In this document: positions 19,335-27,818 of the stretch, one piece after another
Layout: each line of letters opens with the position of its first letter
How positions within the stretch are numbered: position 1 is the stretch's first letter
Program-made: the position numbers and the translations under genes
IMG/VR virus record: IMGVR_UViG_3300046779_000311
Span: 1 to 30,303 of that record
Length of the DNA stretch: 30,303 bases
Source of the DNA: a virus
Lineage: Duplodnaviria > Caudoviricetes
Reading direction: 5' to 3' (one strand)
The notes under the pieces: generated by a model
The model's input: only the letters and a program-made list of their open reading frames with translations
Databases searched by the model: none
What the model was told of the DNA's origin: nothing

Positions 19335-20075
19335 TTATGCTAAAACACGGTCAATAATCTTACCGTACTCCTGCCCTTCATATCCCGACATAGCGGTTGG
19401 GAGAAGACGGAAGGTTACTGGAAATGTTGTTGGTGTAGAACGAGCCAAAGAGAACTGTGACTGTTGTACAGAAAGTACACGACGAGCATAATAAATACGC
19501 TCTGTTGACTTTGTATTTGATCCATCAGTTGTTGTTGGAGCTTGTCCGACAGCAATTAGTTGACGCTCTGTTGGCTGTACGCCAAGAGCACCAGCAGCAA
19601 GACCAAGTGTCTTTGTTGCGTTAGCTGTTCCTGTTGAGAAACCTGCATCTTCAATCAAAGTGTTAGTTGCTGTAATTGTTGAACCTGATGTGTCACCCTG
19701 ACCGAAAACAACTAGAACGTTTTCTAGTGTTCCTTCAGACATTTCAGTTGCGATCATAACCTCCATCGCAGACTTGAACAGCTTAGCTGTATCAAGCAAC
19801 TGGTCGACGGTTACTGAATCATATGTTGGATTATAGGTGATCTGAAGACCATTGTTTGTAAATCCTACGTTGCGATATGCAAATGTTGCGCCTGGTGTTA
19901 TATCATTAAGTGTCTTTGTGTAAGACTCGCCTGATATAAATGCGCCTGCGTTGGTTGTACCTGGTTCTGCATTCTCTTTATATAGTGTTGATCCTGCTGT
20001 AATATCGAAATTCGAAATAAACAAAGGAGACGCACCAACGAGAATGTTTTTAGCATTACCTGCGTTTTGTGCCAT
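19335..20075 (-). CDS. Major tail (tube) protein
   Basis: 246 aa. NILVGA...VGFTNNGLQITYNP...VDQL...FPVTFRLLP pattern of siphovirus tube proteins. Strong AGGAGGT SD, own promoter and terminator, high-expression codon usage. Confidence 0.9.
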   Translation of the reverse strand: MAQNAGNAKNILVGASPLFISNFDITAGSTLYKENAEPGTTNAGAFISGESYTKTLNDITPGATFAYRNVGFTNNGLQITYNPTYDSVTVDQLLDTAKLFKSAMEVMIATEMSEGTLENVLVVFGQGDTSGSTITATNTLIEDAGFSTGTANATKTLGLAAGALGVQPTERQLIAVGQAPTTTDGSNTKSTERIYYARRVLSVQQSQFSLARSTPTTFPVTFRLLPTAMSGYEGQEYGKIIDRVLA

Positions 20076-20151
20076 ATTTTATTTCCACCTCCTGGAATTC
20101 TATGTATTAAATTTTATCAAGCTGGCTAGGCTTCTTTCCTCTAGTAGTCTA

Positions 20152-20180
20152 ATTCTAGGCCATAAGAGGTCAAAAGGCAA
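20152..20180 (-). promoter_or_regulatory. sigma70-type promoter for the tail tube gene
   Basis: TTGCCT-17 nt-TAGAAT. Predicted start near 20145, giving a ~70-nt leader. Confidence 0.65.
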
Positions 20181-20183
20181 ACG

Positions 20184-20696
20184 TTAAAGGAATCTGCCCT
20201 GGCCGTCTAAAATTCTTGAATATTTGATTTCTAGTATGACCTCTGCCGTGAAGAATCCTTGTAATTCCTCTGATGGGGCGGTTGGCGATATGTCTGCTAT
20301 AAAAATAGAATGAAATTTAAATTTGTCTGATAAGTCAGACCAGTAGTTTATATCCCTCGCAGACTCGTCCATACGTCTAAACTGGTCTGTCATGAAGTTT
20401 CTAATCTCATTTATCTCAGAAAAATCAGTTGAATATATGGTGAATAGAATTTGTTCACAGGAGATCATCCAGTTATCTTCGGTAGACATGCCTATCTTGT
20501 CATAGACTATATGTTTCTTACCACTTAAAAATTGACTCATTTCTGGGGTCTGTTGAACTGGAACTATTGGAACAATATTTTCATTTAGATTATCTGACCA
20601 ATAGTCATCTGCGTCAAATATACCACGGTAGGATAATTCTTCCCATAGAAATTTACGTAGCTCTAGCATTGCATCTAGTTTAAAGTTTGCTGTCAT
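20184..20696 (-). CDS. Putative tail terminator/completion protein
   Basis: 170 aa, acidic, immediately upstream of the tail tube gene. HIVYD...EQILFTIYS pattern. Call is mainly from synteny. Confidence 0.65.
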   Translation of the reverse strand: MTANFKLDAMLELRKFLWEELSYRGIFDADDYWSDNLNENIVPIVPVQQTPEMSQFLSGKKHIVYDKIGMSTEDNWMISCEQILFTIYSTDFSEINEIRNFMTDQFRRMDESARDINYWSDLSDKFKFHSIFIADISPTAPSEELQGFFTAEVILEIKYSRILDGQGRFL

Positions 20697-21478
20697 AGCG
20701 CTCCTCCAAATGCTGCTGTGAGTGCTGAGTCTGCCTGAGACCTAATAACATTAGGGCTAAATTTATACTGAACCTTTTTAATTCCAGAAGGAAGTTTTAA
20801 TGCTTTTGCCATTCCAGCATTGAATATTCTTTGGAATCCAGATTTCTTTATAGACTGATTTACAAGTTGTCCTGTAAAGAATCTTGAGTGTGCTAAAAAG
20901 TATTGATTTTTTACTCCAGGTCCGCCTGGACGCTTAACAATAACTGATGCACCTTTAGGCATGAATACAGTTTCTCCGTCAGATTCAAAAACTAATCTTG
21001 TTGCATTCTTTGGAGATATTTTTAATGGCTTGCCTGCTTCCATTACTGAAGCCTTATTAATAAATGTATGTCTACGCTTTGTTCCTCCAGTTAATGGGAC
21101 AAGTGAGCGTGATGGTTTAAATGCAGTTGAAATTCTAAATGAAAGACCGTCTTGTGATTCTAAGCTTAGGCCAAAAAGTCTTGCATTCTTATTTCCCACC
21201 TTTTTCCATTCATAGACATGGTGAAGAGATCTTGGAGATGTTCTAGCTTTTGCATCCATGTACTCTCCAAAGTCCTTGTCTATCTGCTGAAATATAGTCT
21301 CAGAAAATTTAGATTGAAATTGTTTGTTTTCTGTAAGCTTAGATATAACCTGAGAATTGTAATACAGATATGCAGATATCTGAGCAACTGTACTATCTTT
21401 TAGCACACCGCTTTGATTGCCAGCCATCAGTCTTTCAAGGCCGCTAGATGCCTGCATCAACATTACACTAGAGTCCAA
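20693..21478 (-). CDS. Putative neck/tail-completion protein
   Basis: 261 aa, basic. PLKISPKNATRLVF...VIVKRPGG resembles HK97 gp10-like neck proteins. Lies between head closure and terminator genes. TTG start with GGAG SD. Confidence 0.6.
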   Translation of the reverse strand: MDSSVMLMQASSGLERLMAGNQSGVLKDSTVAQISAYLYYNSQVISKLTENKQFQSKFSETIFQQIDKDFGEYMDAKARTSPRSLHHVYEWKKVGNKNARLFGLSLESQDGLSFRISTAFKPSRSLVPLTGGTKRRHTFINKASVMEAGKPLKISPKNATRLVFESDGETVFMPKGASVIVKRPGGPGVKNQYFLAHSRFFTGQLVNQSIKKSGFQRIFNAGMAKALKLPSGIKKVQYKFSPNVIRSQADSALTAAFGGAL

Positions 21479-21899
21479 TTTGCTGGTTCTCCGATCTCTT
21501 CATAGAAGCATTATATCCAATTACATTACCGAAAGGATCTGTCATTGGTGTTACCCCAACAACCTCAAATACAGTTGGCGTTTCAGTTGGAAAATTAATT
21601 TCATTCCATATAACATTATTTTTACTATCTCTAATGTTAGTTATTTTTTCATTAATCATAATCTTATTATACGTACGAACCTGAATAATTTGATCCATTG
21701 TGTATTTATTTGACAATACCTGCTTATCGCTAGATCTAGTTGTTGCAGAGTTGCTGATTACACCTTTTGCATGACAGTCTACGGTTCTATGATAACTCCA
21801 TGAACGCTTGATCGCACCAGTGTCTGGATCTTGAACTTCATACTGTCTATATATATCCATCTTCATGGATAGAAGAGAGTCCATGATGTCGAACATCAT
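21468..21899 (-). CDS. Putative head closure (stopper) protein
   Basis: 143 aa. IYRQYEVQDPDTGAIKRSW...FEVVGVTPMTDPFG beta-rich pattern. Synteny after the adaptor gene. Confidence 0.7.
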   Translation of the reverse strand: MMFDIMDSLLSMKMDIYRQYEVQDPDTGAIKRSWSYHRTVDCHAKGVISNSATTRSSDKQVLSNKYTMDQIIQVRTYNKIMINEKITNIRDSKNNVIWNEINFPTETPTVFEVVGVTPMTDPFGNVIGYNASMKRSENQQIGL

Positions 21900-22879
21900 A
21901 TTAATAAAACTGTGTCTACAACATAATCTGAAAGTAATTTATCAGAATATGCACAGCCTGTTCCCGAATATGCTTCATCTTTAAATTCAAAATCCCAGTC
22001 AAATGTTGATACATTCTTTAAGTATCTGTCTGCCCAAACCCTATCTTTTGCAAAATAGTGGCCAGCTAATTGTATTGCTGATTGCTGAACATCATCTGGA
22101 ACTGAATTCCATCCAAATTTTCCAACAACACGATACCTGACATTGTTTTTAAATGCTCCAGGAGTATAATCATTAATAGATGGTGGAACTAAACCATTTG
22201 CTGTATAAACTGTATTGTCTAATGCAGATGTTCTGTCAACCCTTATACCAAATCCAGTCTCAGAAACTACGGTCTGAAAATTCCAATTATTAATATTGTT
22301 TAAGTTATCTATCAAAAGAACATCATTGGCGTACAGCTTGTGCAATGAATTTAATTTTTGTGGCAATGGCAATGTATCTGATCCAGAACCATATACTACA
22401 TGCACATCCTCATATAAATGAAACTTTTGTCCAGTAAAATTTTCTATAGTTTTTCTTGCATATTTCTCTGCCATAACCAATTCATGATATGACCTATAAT
22501 TTGGATCAGATGGCTCATATCCTAAATTAAGGTCATGCATAATTTCAGTTATATCTGCATATGGCTTAACAACGTCTAAATATGATGTATGAGTTATAGT
22601 TTCGGAGCCAACCATGTATAGCCAATCTAGCTTAAACTTTCTTTGAGTAGTTGTTAAGTTGAGTGGCAGTACAACTTGATATGTTCCTGGATCAACTTCA
22701 AGCTGTGTTGCTGTTAGCTGTATGACCAAGTTTTCTGGATCAACAGGTGGGAAAATAGTAGGGTCTTCAGTAATGTCATACACCTGCACATTAACTGGAC
22801 CTTCTGAAACATATAATTCTCCAGCGTAGAATATTGTTGTTCTTGCTGGGAAATTACTTCCTACGTATATCTCTGCCAT
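21896..22879 (-). CDS. Head-tail adaptor (connector) protein with N-terminal Ig-like extension
   Basis: 327 aa. PYADITEI...ARKTIENFTGQKF...GKFGWNSVPDDVQQSAIQL is characteristic of gp6/gp15-like adaptors. Confidence 0.8.
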   Translation of the reverse strand: MAEIYVGSNFPARTTIFYAGELYVSEGPVNVQVYDITEDPTIFPPVDPENLVIQLTATQLEVDPGTYQVVLPLNLTTTQRKFKLDWLYMVGSETITHTSYLDVVKPYADITEIMHDLNLGYEPSDPNYRSYHELVMAEKYARKTIENFTGQKFHLYEDVHVVYGSGSDTLPLPQKLNSLHKLYANDVLLIDNLNNINNWNFQTVVSETGFGIRVDRTSALDNTVYTANGLVPPSINDYTPGAFKNNVRYRVVGKFGWNSVPDDVQQSAIQLAGHYFAKDRVWADRYLKNVSTFDWDFEFKDEAYSGTGCAYSDKLLSDYVVDTVLLI

Positions 22880-22893
22880 TTTATAGGCTTAGA

Positions 22894-23292
22894 TTAGTGA
22901 TAAAACTCCTGCACTTCTTTAGGAGTTGCTAACCTAAATCCTGCCTCCTTATCAAAAATTGCTTGGGCCTTCTCTTTATTCATAGCAATAAACGGATGCT
23001 CTTTTGTAAATGTAAACCCTTGAATGTCATAACGGAAATTGTCTCTTTCCATCTTAACCAAAACTGTATCTTCTGGTTGTTCCTTTTTAGGATCAAACTT
23101 TGGAAGAACTTCTACTGACATGTCTTCTGCCTCTTCTACGTCTTTTACGGTCTTTTGATATACCGCCCAGGTGACTCCCTCTTCTGAGAGTGCTGCAATA
23201 ATGTCTGTTTTATTTTTTAGACCGTCAATTTCTACTCCGAAATCTTCAGCCACTTTCTTTAGTTCAGATACTTTTAATGTCTCGAATGACAT
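22894..23292 (-). CDS. Rho-N/HeH-like domain protein (132 aa), start revised to ATG 23292
   Basis: MSFETLKVSELKKVAEDFGVEIDGLKNKTDIIAAL is a helix-extension-helix pattern. AAGGAG SD lies 6 nt before ATG 23292. HeH proteins often follow capsid genes. Confidence 0.75.
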   Translation of the reverse strand: MSFETLKVSELKKVAEDFGVEIDGLKNKTDIIAALSEEGVTWAVYQKTVKDVEEAEDMSVEVLPKFDPKKEQPEDTVLVKMERDNFRYDIQGFTFTKEHPFIAMNKEKAQAIFDKEAGFRLATPKEVQEFYH

Positions 23293-23319
23293 GTAAATCT
23301 CCTTATTCTGTGTCAATCA

Positions 23320-23348
23320 ATTATAGCATTAACAAATTTAAATGAAAA
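23320..23348 (-). promoter_or_regulatory. Extended -10 promoter for head-completion genes
   Basis: TTTTCA-17 nt-TATAAT with extended TG (TGCTATAAT). The -35 position overlaps the terminator U-tract. Confidence 0.72.
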
Positions 23349-23378
23349 GCCCCCCAAAAATTAATTTGAGGGGCTTTT
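23345..23378 (-). terminator. Intrinsic (possibly bidirectional) terminator after the major capsid gene
   Basis: AAAAGCCCCUCAAA-uuaauu-UUUGGGGGGCUUUU. Confidence 0.85.
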
Positions 23379-23399
23379 AGCGGAATTAAATCCTATAAA

Positions 23400-24464
23400 T
23401 TAAGAAGCGACCTTAACGTTCTTAACAACTACCCAAGCGTCTGCCTGCTCGATCTGAACGCCTACACGAGTATACATTGTGTACTCGATAGAGTCCTTAC
23501 GAGGCCAGAAGAAGCGGTAGACAGTCACATCACGCTTGATACCAATAACTACGTTATTTGGGAATGTCAAGTGGATATCTCCGTGCTGACCTGTTGCGCC
23601 TGTGTAATCACCAGTCTGTGCTTCTGGAAGAAGTGGTACTTCAACAATCGGAATACCGAATGCGAATGGAGCCACATATCCAGCTGGTCCACCTAGTGGT
23701 GCGACATCTCCACGGATAATGCTTGAAGCGATATCTTGTGGGATTGTCTGATTTGTTCCAATGCTGTTTGCGTACAGGAAGTCCTGAATCAAATTGGATC
23801 CAGCAAGGAAGCGGAGGTCTGTACGACGCTGCTTGTACTTACGTGGAAGAGCCTTAAGTGCTGAGTTGAATGTTGCACGGGATACTGCTGCACCCGCTGC
23901 ATCAACAACGTGACCATAAGCCTTAGACTTTGCAACAACGCCCTGGAATGCTGACATCAAGCCAGAACCAGAACCTGTTCCATTGAGGACTACGTCTTCA
24001 ATGTCATTACCTGCCTGTGTTGCCATCATGCGGGCGATGTGATCTTCTAGATCAGCACCTTCAATATTATCTTCAAGCGATTCTGTTGAAAGTTCCCAAT
24101 CTAGGCGAAGCTTCTTTGTTGTAAGAGAGATCTTTGAGAAAGTTACTGCTGCGTTTGTTGCAGTGTTATCTGCTTCAGCTGCGACTGTCATTAGACGCTC
24201 TCCAACACCGATACGATCAATCTCGGTAGTGTCTGACTTCATGCGTACAGTACGAGCTACCTTACCGATCACAGTTGCGTCGAACATATAATCCAAGAAT
24301 CGTGATGATTGCTCTGGATTTAGGATACCACCGTTGCCAGCTTCAGATGCTACGTGTACTCCTGCTCCACCTGTTGTGGATGCAAATGTACCGCTTGCTG
24401 ATTGACCGACACCAGCGATTGTTGTATTCGCTGCTACTGATTTTTCAAATGTTTCATTGCTCAT
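23400..24464 (-). CDS. Major capsid protein (HK97 fold, 354 aa), start revised to ATG 24464
   Basis: GGILNPEQSSRFLDYM...ISLTTKKLRLDWELSTESLEDNIEG...LNGTG...FGIPIVEVP. The track's GTG 24476 is part of the AGGTAGGTG SD preceding ATG 24464. Confidence 0.95.
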   Translation of the reverse strand: MSNETFEKSVAANTTIAGVGQSASGTFASTTGGAGVHVASEAGNGGILNPEQSSRFLDYMFDATVIGKVARTVRMKSDTTEIDRIGVGERLMTVAAEADNTATNAAVTFSKISLTTKKLRLDWELSTESLEDNIEGADLEDHIARMMATQAGNDIEDVVLNGTGSGSGLMSAFQGVVAKSKAYGHVVDAAGAAVSRATFNSALKALPRKYKQRRTDLRFLAGSNLIQDFLYANSIGTNQTIPQDIASSIIRGDVAPLGGPAGYVAPFAFGIPIVEVPLLPEAQTGDYTGATGQHGDIHLTFPNNVVIGIKRDVTVYRFFWPRKDSIEYTMYTRVGVQIEQADAWVVVKNVKVAS

Positions 24465-24484
24465 TATATATTTCACCTACCTTT

Positions 24485-25021
24485 TCAGTTAAAAAGTTCA
24501 TTTACGGAACCGAGGAAAGAACCGTTCCATTTTGATTTGGATTTTGTTATTACTTCCTGAGACCCGCCAAGGTCTGAGGACTTCTTGATTGCAGTCTCTG
24601 ATTCTACTGCTACGACACGCTTTTCTACGCCATCAATCGTGCTCTTGATATTTTCTACAGCCTTTGAAAGTGCTGCATGCTGTTCTGCCAATTCTGAAAT
24701 ACGAGTATCTACGCTCTTGCTAAATGTTTCAACAGTCTCTTTGATTGTTGTAACTTGAGCTGCGTTTGCCTCAGATGCCTTTGTAAGTGTATCTGAGAAG
24801 AATCCCTTAAGATCACCTAGCATCTTTGCAAAATCAGGTTCATCAACCTCAACTTCTGATACGTCGGCTGCTTTTTCCAGAGTTTCGGCAGGAGCGTCTT
24901 CAACAGCTGGTGCTTCCTCAGCAACAGGTGTTTCTTCAGCAGGTGCTGCAACTTCTGCAGGCGCTGCTTCTTCAACTGCAGGAGTTTCTTCAACTACTGC
25001 GTTTTCTGTATTTTCTGACAC
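24485..25021 (-). CDS. Scaffolding protein from an internal in-frame start (178 aa)
   Basis: AAGGAGGT (25028-25035), 6 nt, then in-frame GTG at 25021 (VSENTENAVVEE...), right at the protease/scaffold boundary. Confidence 0.72.
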   Translation of the reverse strand: MSENTENAVVEETPAVEEAAPAEVAAPAEETPVAEEAPAVEDAPAETLEKAADVSEVEVDEPDFAKMLGDLKGFFSDTLTKASEANAAQVTTIKETVETFSKSVDTRISELAEQHAALSKAVENIKSTIDGVEKRVVAVESETAIKKSSDLGGSQEVITKSKSKWNGSFLGSVNELFN

Positions 25022-25810
25022 TTCATTACCTCCTTCTGCGTTTGCCTGTTTTGCAATTGTTTGTGTATCAGGCAACGGTAATCTTGATTTCTTAAATGAA
25101 TCAAGAATCTTATCTATTTCTTTTGCTTTGTTAACATCATTACTCTCAACCCAACCAATTAGTGATGCTGGCTTTCCTGTAACTGGGGAGTCGTAAGACG
25201 CATCTGTAGAGATAAATACTGAGTCAGAGTCAGCACAATAAAAAATATTTTCTGTTACAGTTTCTGCTGCCATTCCTTTAAATACAAATTGTCCATTCAT
25301 TTTCTGAATAGACAAAATGTTGCAAAGCTCGTTTGCTGGAGAATCTACAACTGATAATTCCATCAATGCATATTCTTTAATAAAACGAACTGGCTTACCT
25401 GTTGATTTGTTAACTTCATTATCTGAATCAATAATTTTTCCGCCGATTGAAAATCCTGCTAAAGTTCCGTCAAGAATTTTTTCCCATGTATCTTGTGCAC
25501 CCTTTGAAATGTATGCATCTACATAAACACCACTATAAAATTGTTTTGTCATTGGATCGTAATATGTTTCTGGCTTAAATGAAACCATCTTGCCAACTGC
25601 TGTCGGTCCATGCATTTCACGAATGTTTCCACGGAAATTCTCAAAAGCTTTCATACTTGCTTCTGATGTTACAACGTCACCTGTTTGATCTAGATTATCT
25701 AATGTGGCAAACCCTGAAACTGTGCGCTTTTCACGGTTGACTTTAGTGAATGGCACAGATAAATTAATGTTATCGCCATGTGAGGACCACAAAGATTTTT
25801 CAATATTCAT
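24485..25810 (-). CDS. Prohead maturation protease fused to C-terminal scaffold
   Basis: 441 aa. RTVSGFAT...DQTGD...IREMH...GFSIGG...ELSVVDSPAN are HK97-type protease His/Ser motifs. An acidic Ala/Glu/Pro linker and a coiled coil follow. Confidence 0.92.
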   Translation of the reverse strand: MNIEKSLWSSHGDNINLSVPFTKVNREKRTVSGFATLDNLDQTGDVVTSEASMKAFENFRGNIREMHGPTAVGKMVSFKPETYYDPMTKQFYSGVYVDAYISKGAQDTWEKILDGTLAGFSIGGKIIDSDNEVNKSTGKPVRFIKEYALMELSVVDSPANELCNILSIQKMNGQFVFKGMAAETVTENIFYCADSDSVFISTDASYDSPVTGKPASLIGWVESNDVNKAKEIDKILDSFKKSRLPLPDTQTIAKQANAEGGNEVSENTENAVVEETPAVEEAAPAEVAAPAEETPVAEEAPAVEDAPAETLEKAADVSEVEVDEPDFAKMLGDLKGFFSDTLTKASEANAAQVTTIKETVETFSKSVDTRISELAEQHAALSKAVENIKSTIDGVEKRVVAVESETAIKKSSDLGGSQEVITKSKSKWNGSFLGSVNELFN

Positions 25811-25817
25811 ATGCTTA

Positions 25818-25846
25818 ATTTTATTACGTTATTTACTATAACGCAA
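25818..25846 (-). promoter_or_regulatory. sigma70-type promoter, leaderless protease gene
   Basis: TTGCGT-17 nt-TAAAAT-7 nt-ATG, with no SD. Confidence 0.72.
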
Positions 25847-25863
25847 ATAATAGTTGAGTAGGA

Positions 25864-27447
25864 CTACTCGACCTGTCTTCCATCCCCCTGAGTATTTCTA
25901 CCCTCCCCAGAATTATCTGGGGAATTTGCAGATCTTTCAGAATCACGGGTTCTGGTCTGTCCAGCCTGCGCCCTAACCTCTGCCTGTTGCTGTGGCTTTA
26001 ATACAACCACTTCATCTCCAGAATCTAGAGGAACCATGCCCTTTCTGATACGAACTTCATTTGGAGTAATTACCTGCATTCTCAAATAACGCTCATCAAT
26101 CTTAGACTGGGTATCTTCGTCTGTAAGTGCCAATTCATTGAATTTAATTTCAAGGGCATCTGTCATTTCTCCGATAATTCTATTTATTTTCTTTTCTAAA
26201 ATATCCTGTGCTGGACGACATACCTGCTCTTTAAATGTCTTATCAGCATCTCTAGCTGCCGCCAAATTAATTCCTTCTGGGGTTCCAATTTTATTAATTG
26301 GTGTTCTGTGAGCCATAAGAATTTCATCACGGTTCATTTTACGATATGTGTTAAATGATGAATCTTGAGTGCCAGCTTCAACTGGTTCCATCTTAAACTC
26401 AACTTTAGAGTCTTGTGAATCTGGAGGGAGTGGAATATATAGAGATCTATGATTCTTGCCCTTGAGTCCAACCTGGAAAAATTCAAGCAATTTACGCTCT
26501 GACTCAGTAGAAAGCTTTGCTCCCTTAACTGTAATAATATATCTTGGCACAGCCTTGTTTTCAAAATAATCTAGGTTATATTTACCAGCAAACTCATTTC
26601 CAGCCATTGAATTTGCAGCAGCTACAATATCTGGAGTTCCATAATAGTTGTTTTGTGGCGTGTACTTCTTAATATGAATAATTTCATTAGGTCTATCTAG
26701 TCCGCCTGCAATTGGATTAGGAGTTTCCTGATCTCCAAAGTTACGGAAGAATACAGCCTTACCATAAAGCAATTGAATAAAGCCGTCACGAAGACGTCGA
26801 ACACGCATTGTCTTTGCTGGGATATGTCCAATATATCCGATCTTTCCAGAAGTTGTACGACCTATTTCAAGATACCCGTTTCCTGTTGCTTCAACATCTG
26901 TATAAAATTTAATTAAAGTCTCTTTAAATGTTTCTTCTTCGTTGCAATCTTCTAGCCAGTCATGTAAATCTCTACGAAGCTTATTTAACTTTCTACGAGC
27001 TCTTTCAAGCTGTGTGTCATTATCAATTCCGTCCATTGCTTCTACTGTCTTGCGTGTTTCAATAAAATCAAAACCAAGACCTACGATATTTGCAACCTTA
27101 GCATTAACTGCAGAATAATTATATGGATCTACTTCATAAACTTGAGATAAATACTCCATGTTGTAAGGAGGCTCGACAAGATCAAACATTGCATACCCAG
27201 TAATGGCCTGCTGCAATAGATTCTGCTGTGTGCCAGTTCCTTCAATACCAACAAATCTCTTTTGAATATCACGATTCATTTTGCGACGAAATGCTGGAGA
27301 AAGTCCTGAGACCTTAACCAATTCATCGCCTTCTACCTTAAATGGGTCATTAGTTTTTTCAACTACTGGACTATGAAACTTTAACCAATCAGTAGAGTTA
27401 GAGATCTGAATCTCTTGGCTATCGTCATCTGCAATATAGTCTGACAT
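25864..27447 (-). CDS. Portal protein
   Basis: 527 aa. DVEATGNGYLEI...HIPAKTMR...NEIIHIK...YYGTP...YFENKAVP...ITPNEVR motifs of HK97/PBSX-type portals. Confidence 0.95.
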   Translation of the reverse strand: MSDYIADDDSQEIQISNSTDWLKFHSPVVEKTNDPFKVEGDELVKVSGLSPAFRRKMNRDIQKRFVGIEGTGTQQNLLQQAITGYAMFDLVEPPYNMEYLSQVYEVDPYNYSAVNAKVANIVGLGFDFIETRKTVEAMDGIDNDTQLERARRKLNKLRRDLHDWLEDCNEEETFKETLIKFYTDVEATGNGYLEIGRTTSGKIGYIGHIPAKTMRVRRLRDGFIQLLYGKAVFFRNFGDQETPNPIAGGLDRPNEIIHIKKYTPQNNYYGTPDIVAAANSMAGNEFAGKYNLDYFENKAVPRYIITVKGAKLSTESERKLLEFFQVGLKGKNHRSLYIPLPPDSQDSKVEFKMEPVEAGTQDSSFNTYRKMNRDEILMAHRTPINKIGTPEGINLAAARDADKTFKEQVCRPAQDILEKKINRIIGEMTDALEIKFNELALTDEDTQSKIDERYLRMQVITPNEVRIRKGMVPLDSGDEVVVLKPQQQAEVRAQAGQTRTRDSERSANSPDNSGEGRNTQGDGRQVE

Positions 27448-27782
27448 TACTTTCCTGCCTTTTTCATTTCGTCTTTATAATTTCCAATATCTAGTGGATC
27501 TGGAACCAGACCCCATTCAAGACGCTGTTTCTGATATTCAAATTCTTCATCATCAATCTTACGACGTCCTGACAAGAACTTTGGCTGCCCTTCATAAATT
27601 CCATATGAACGGACTGCATTTGCAAGGGCATCAATCTTTACCTTATTGCCCTTCATAGCGGTTACTGATAGATAGTTTCCATCATCATCGCCGATCCATC
27701 TTCCATCTGGCATTTCCCAGACGTATATACCTAGGCGGGTCTCTTCTCCAACATCCGTATATTTAATCTTTCCAGTATCCAT
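27447..27782 (-). CDS. Hypothetical protein translationally coupled to the portal gene
   Basis: 111 aa (GIYVWEMPDGRWIGDDDGNYLSV). TAATG overlap with the portal start. Confidence 0.85.
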   Translation of the reverse strand: MDTGKIKYTDVGEETRLGIYVWEMPDGRWIGDDDGNYLSVTAMKGNKVKIDALANAVRSYGIYEGQPKFLSGRRKIDDEEFEYQKQRLEWGLVPDPLDIGNYKDEMKKAGK

Positions 27783-27789
27783 TGTTTTT

Positions 27790-27818
27790 ATTTTACCACT
27801 CTTTATGGTCTAAGTCCA
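27790..27818 (-). promoter_or_regulatory. sigma70-type promoter, leaderless start of the portal unit
   Basis: TGGACT-17 nt-TAAAAT (extended TG)-7 nt-ATG, with an A5 tract just upstream of -35 and no SD. Confidence 0.75.

Noticed and set aside
24880-25000. Repetitive DNA (gaagaa/gca/cct units) as a possible repeat array
   Set aside because: It is a low-complexity Glu/Ala/Pro linker of the scaffold with no constant repeat-spacer structure.
4531-26564. Short alternative-frame minus-strand ORFs (4531-4785, 12493-12690, 26334-26564)
   Set aside because: They are fully nested out of frame in well-supported genes, with no initiation signals or recognisable motifs.
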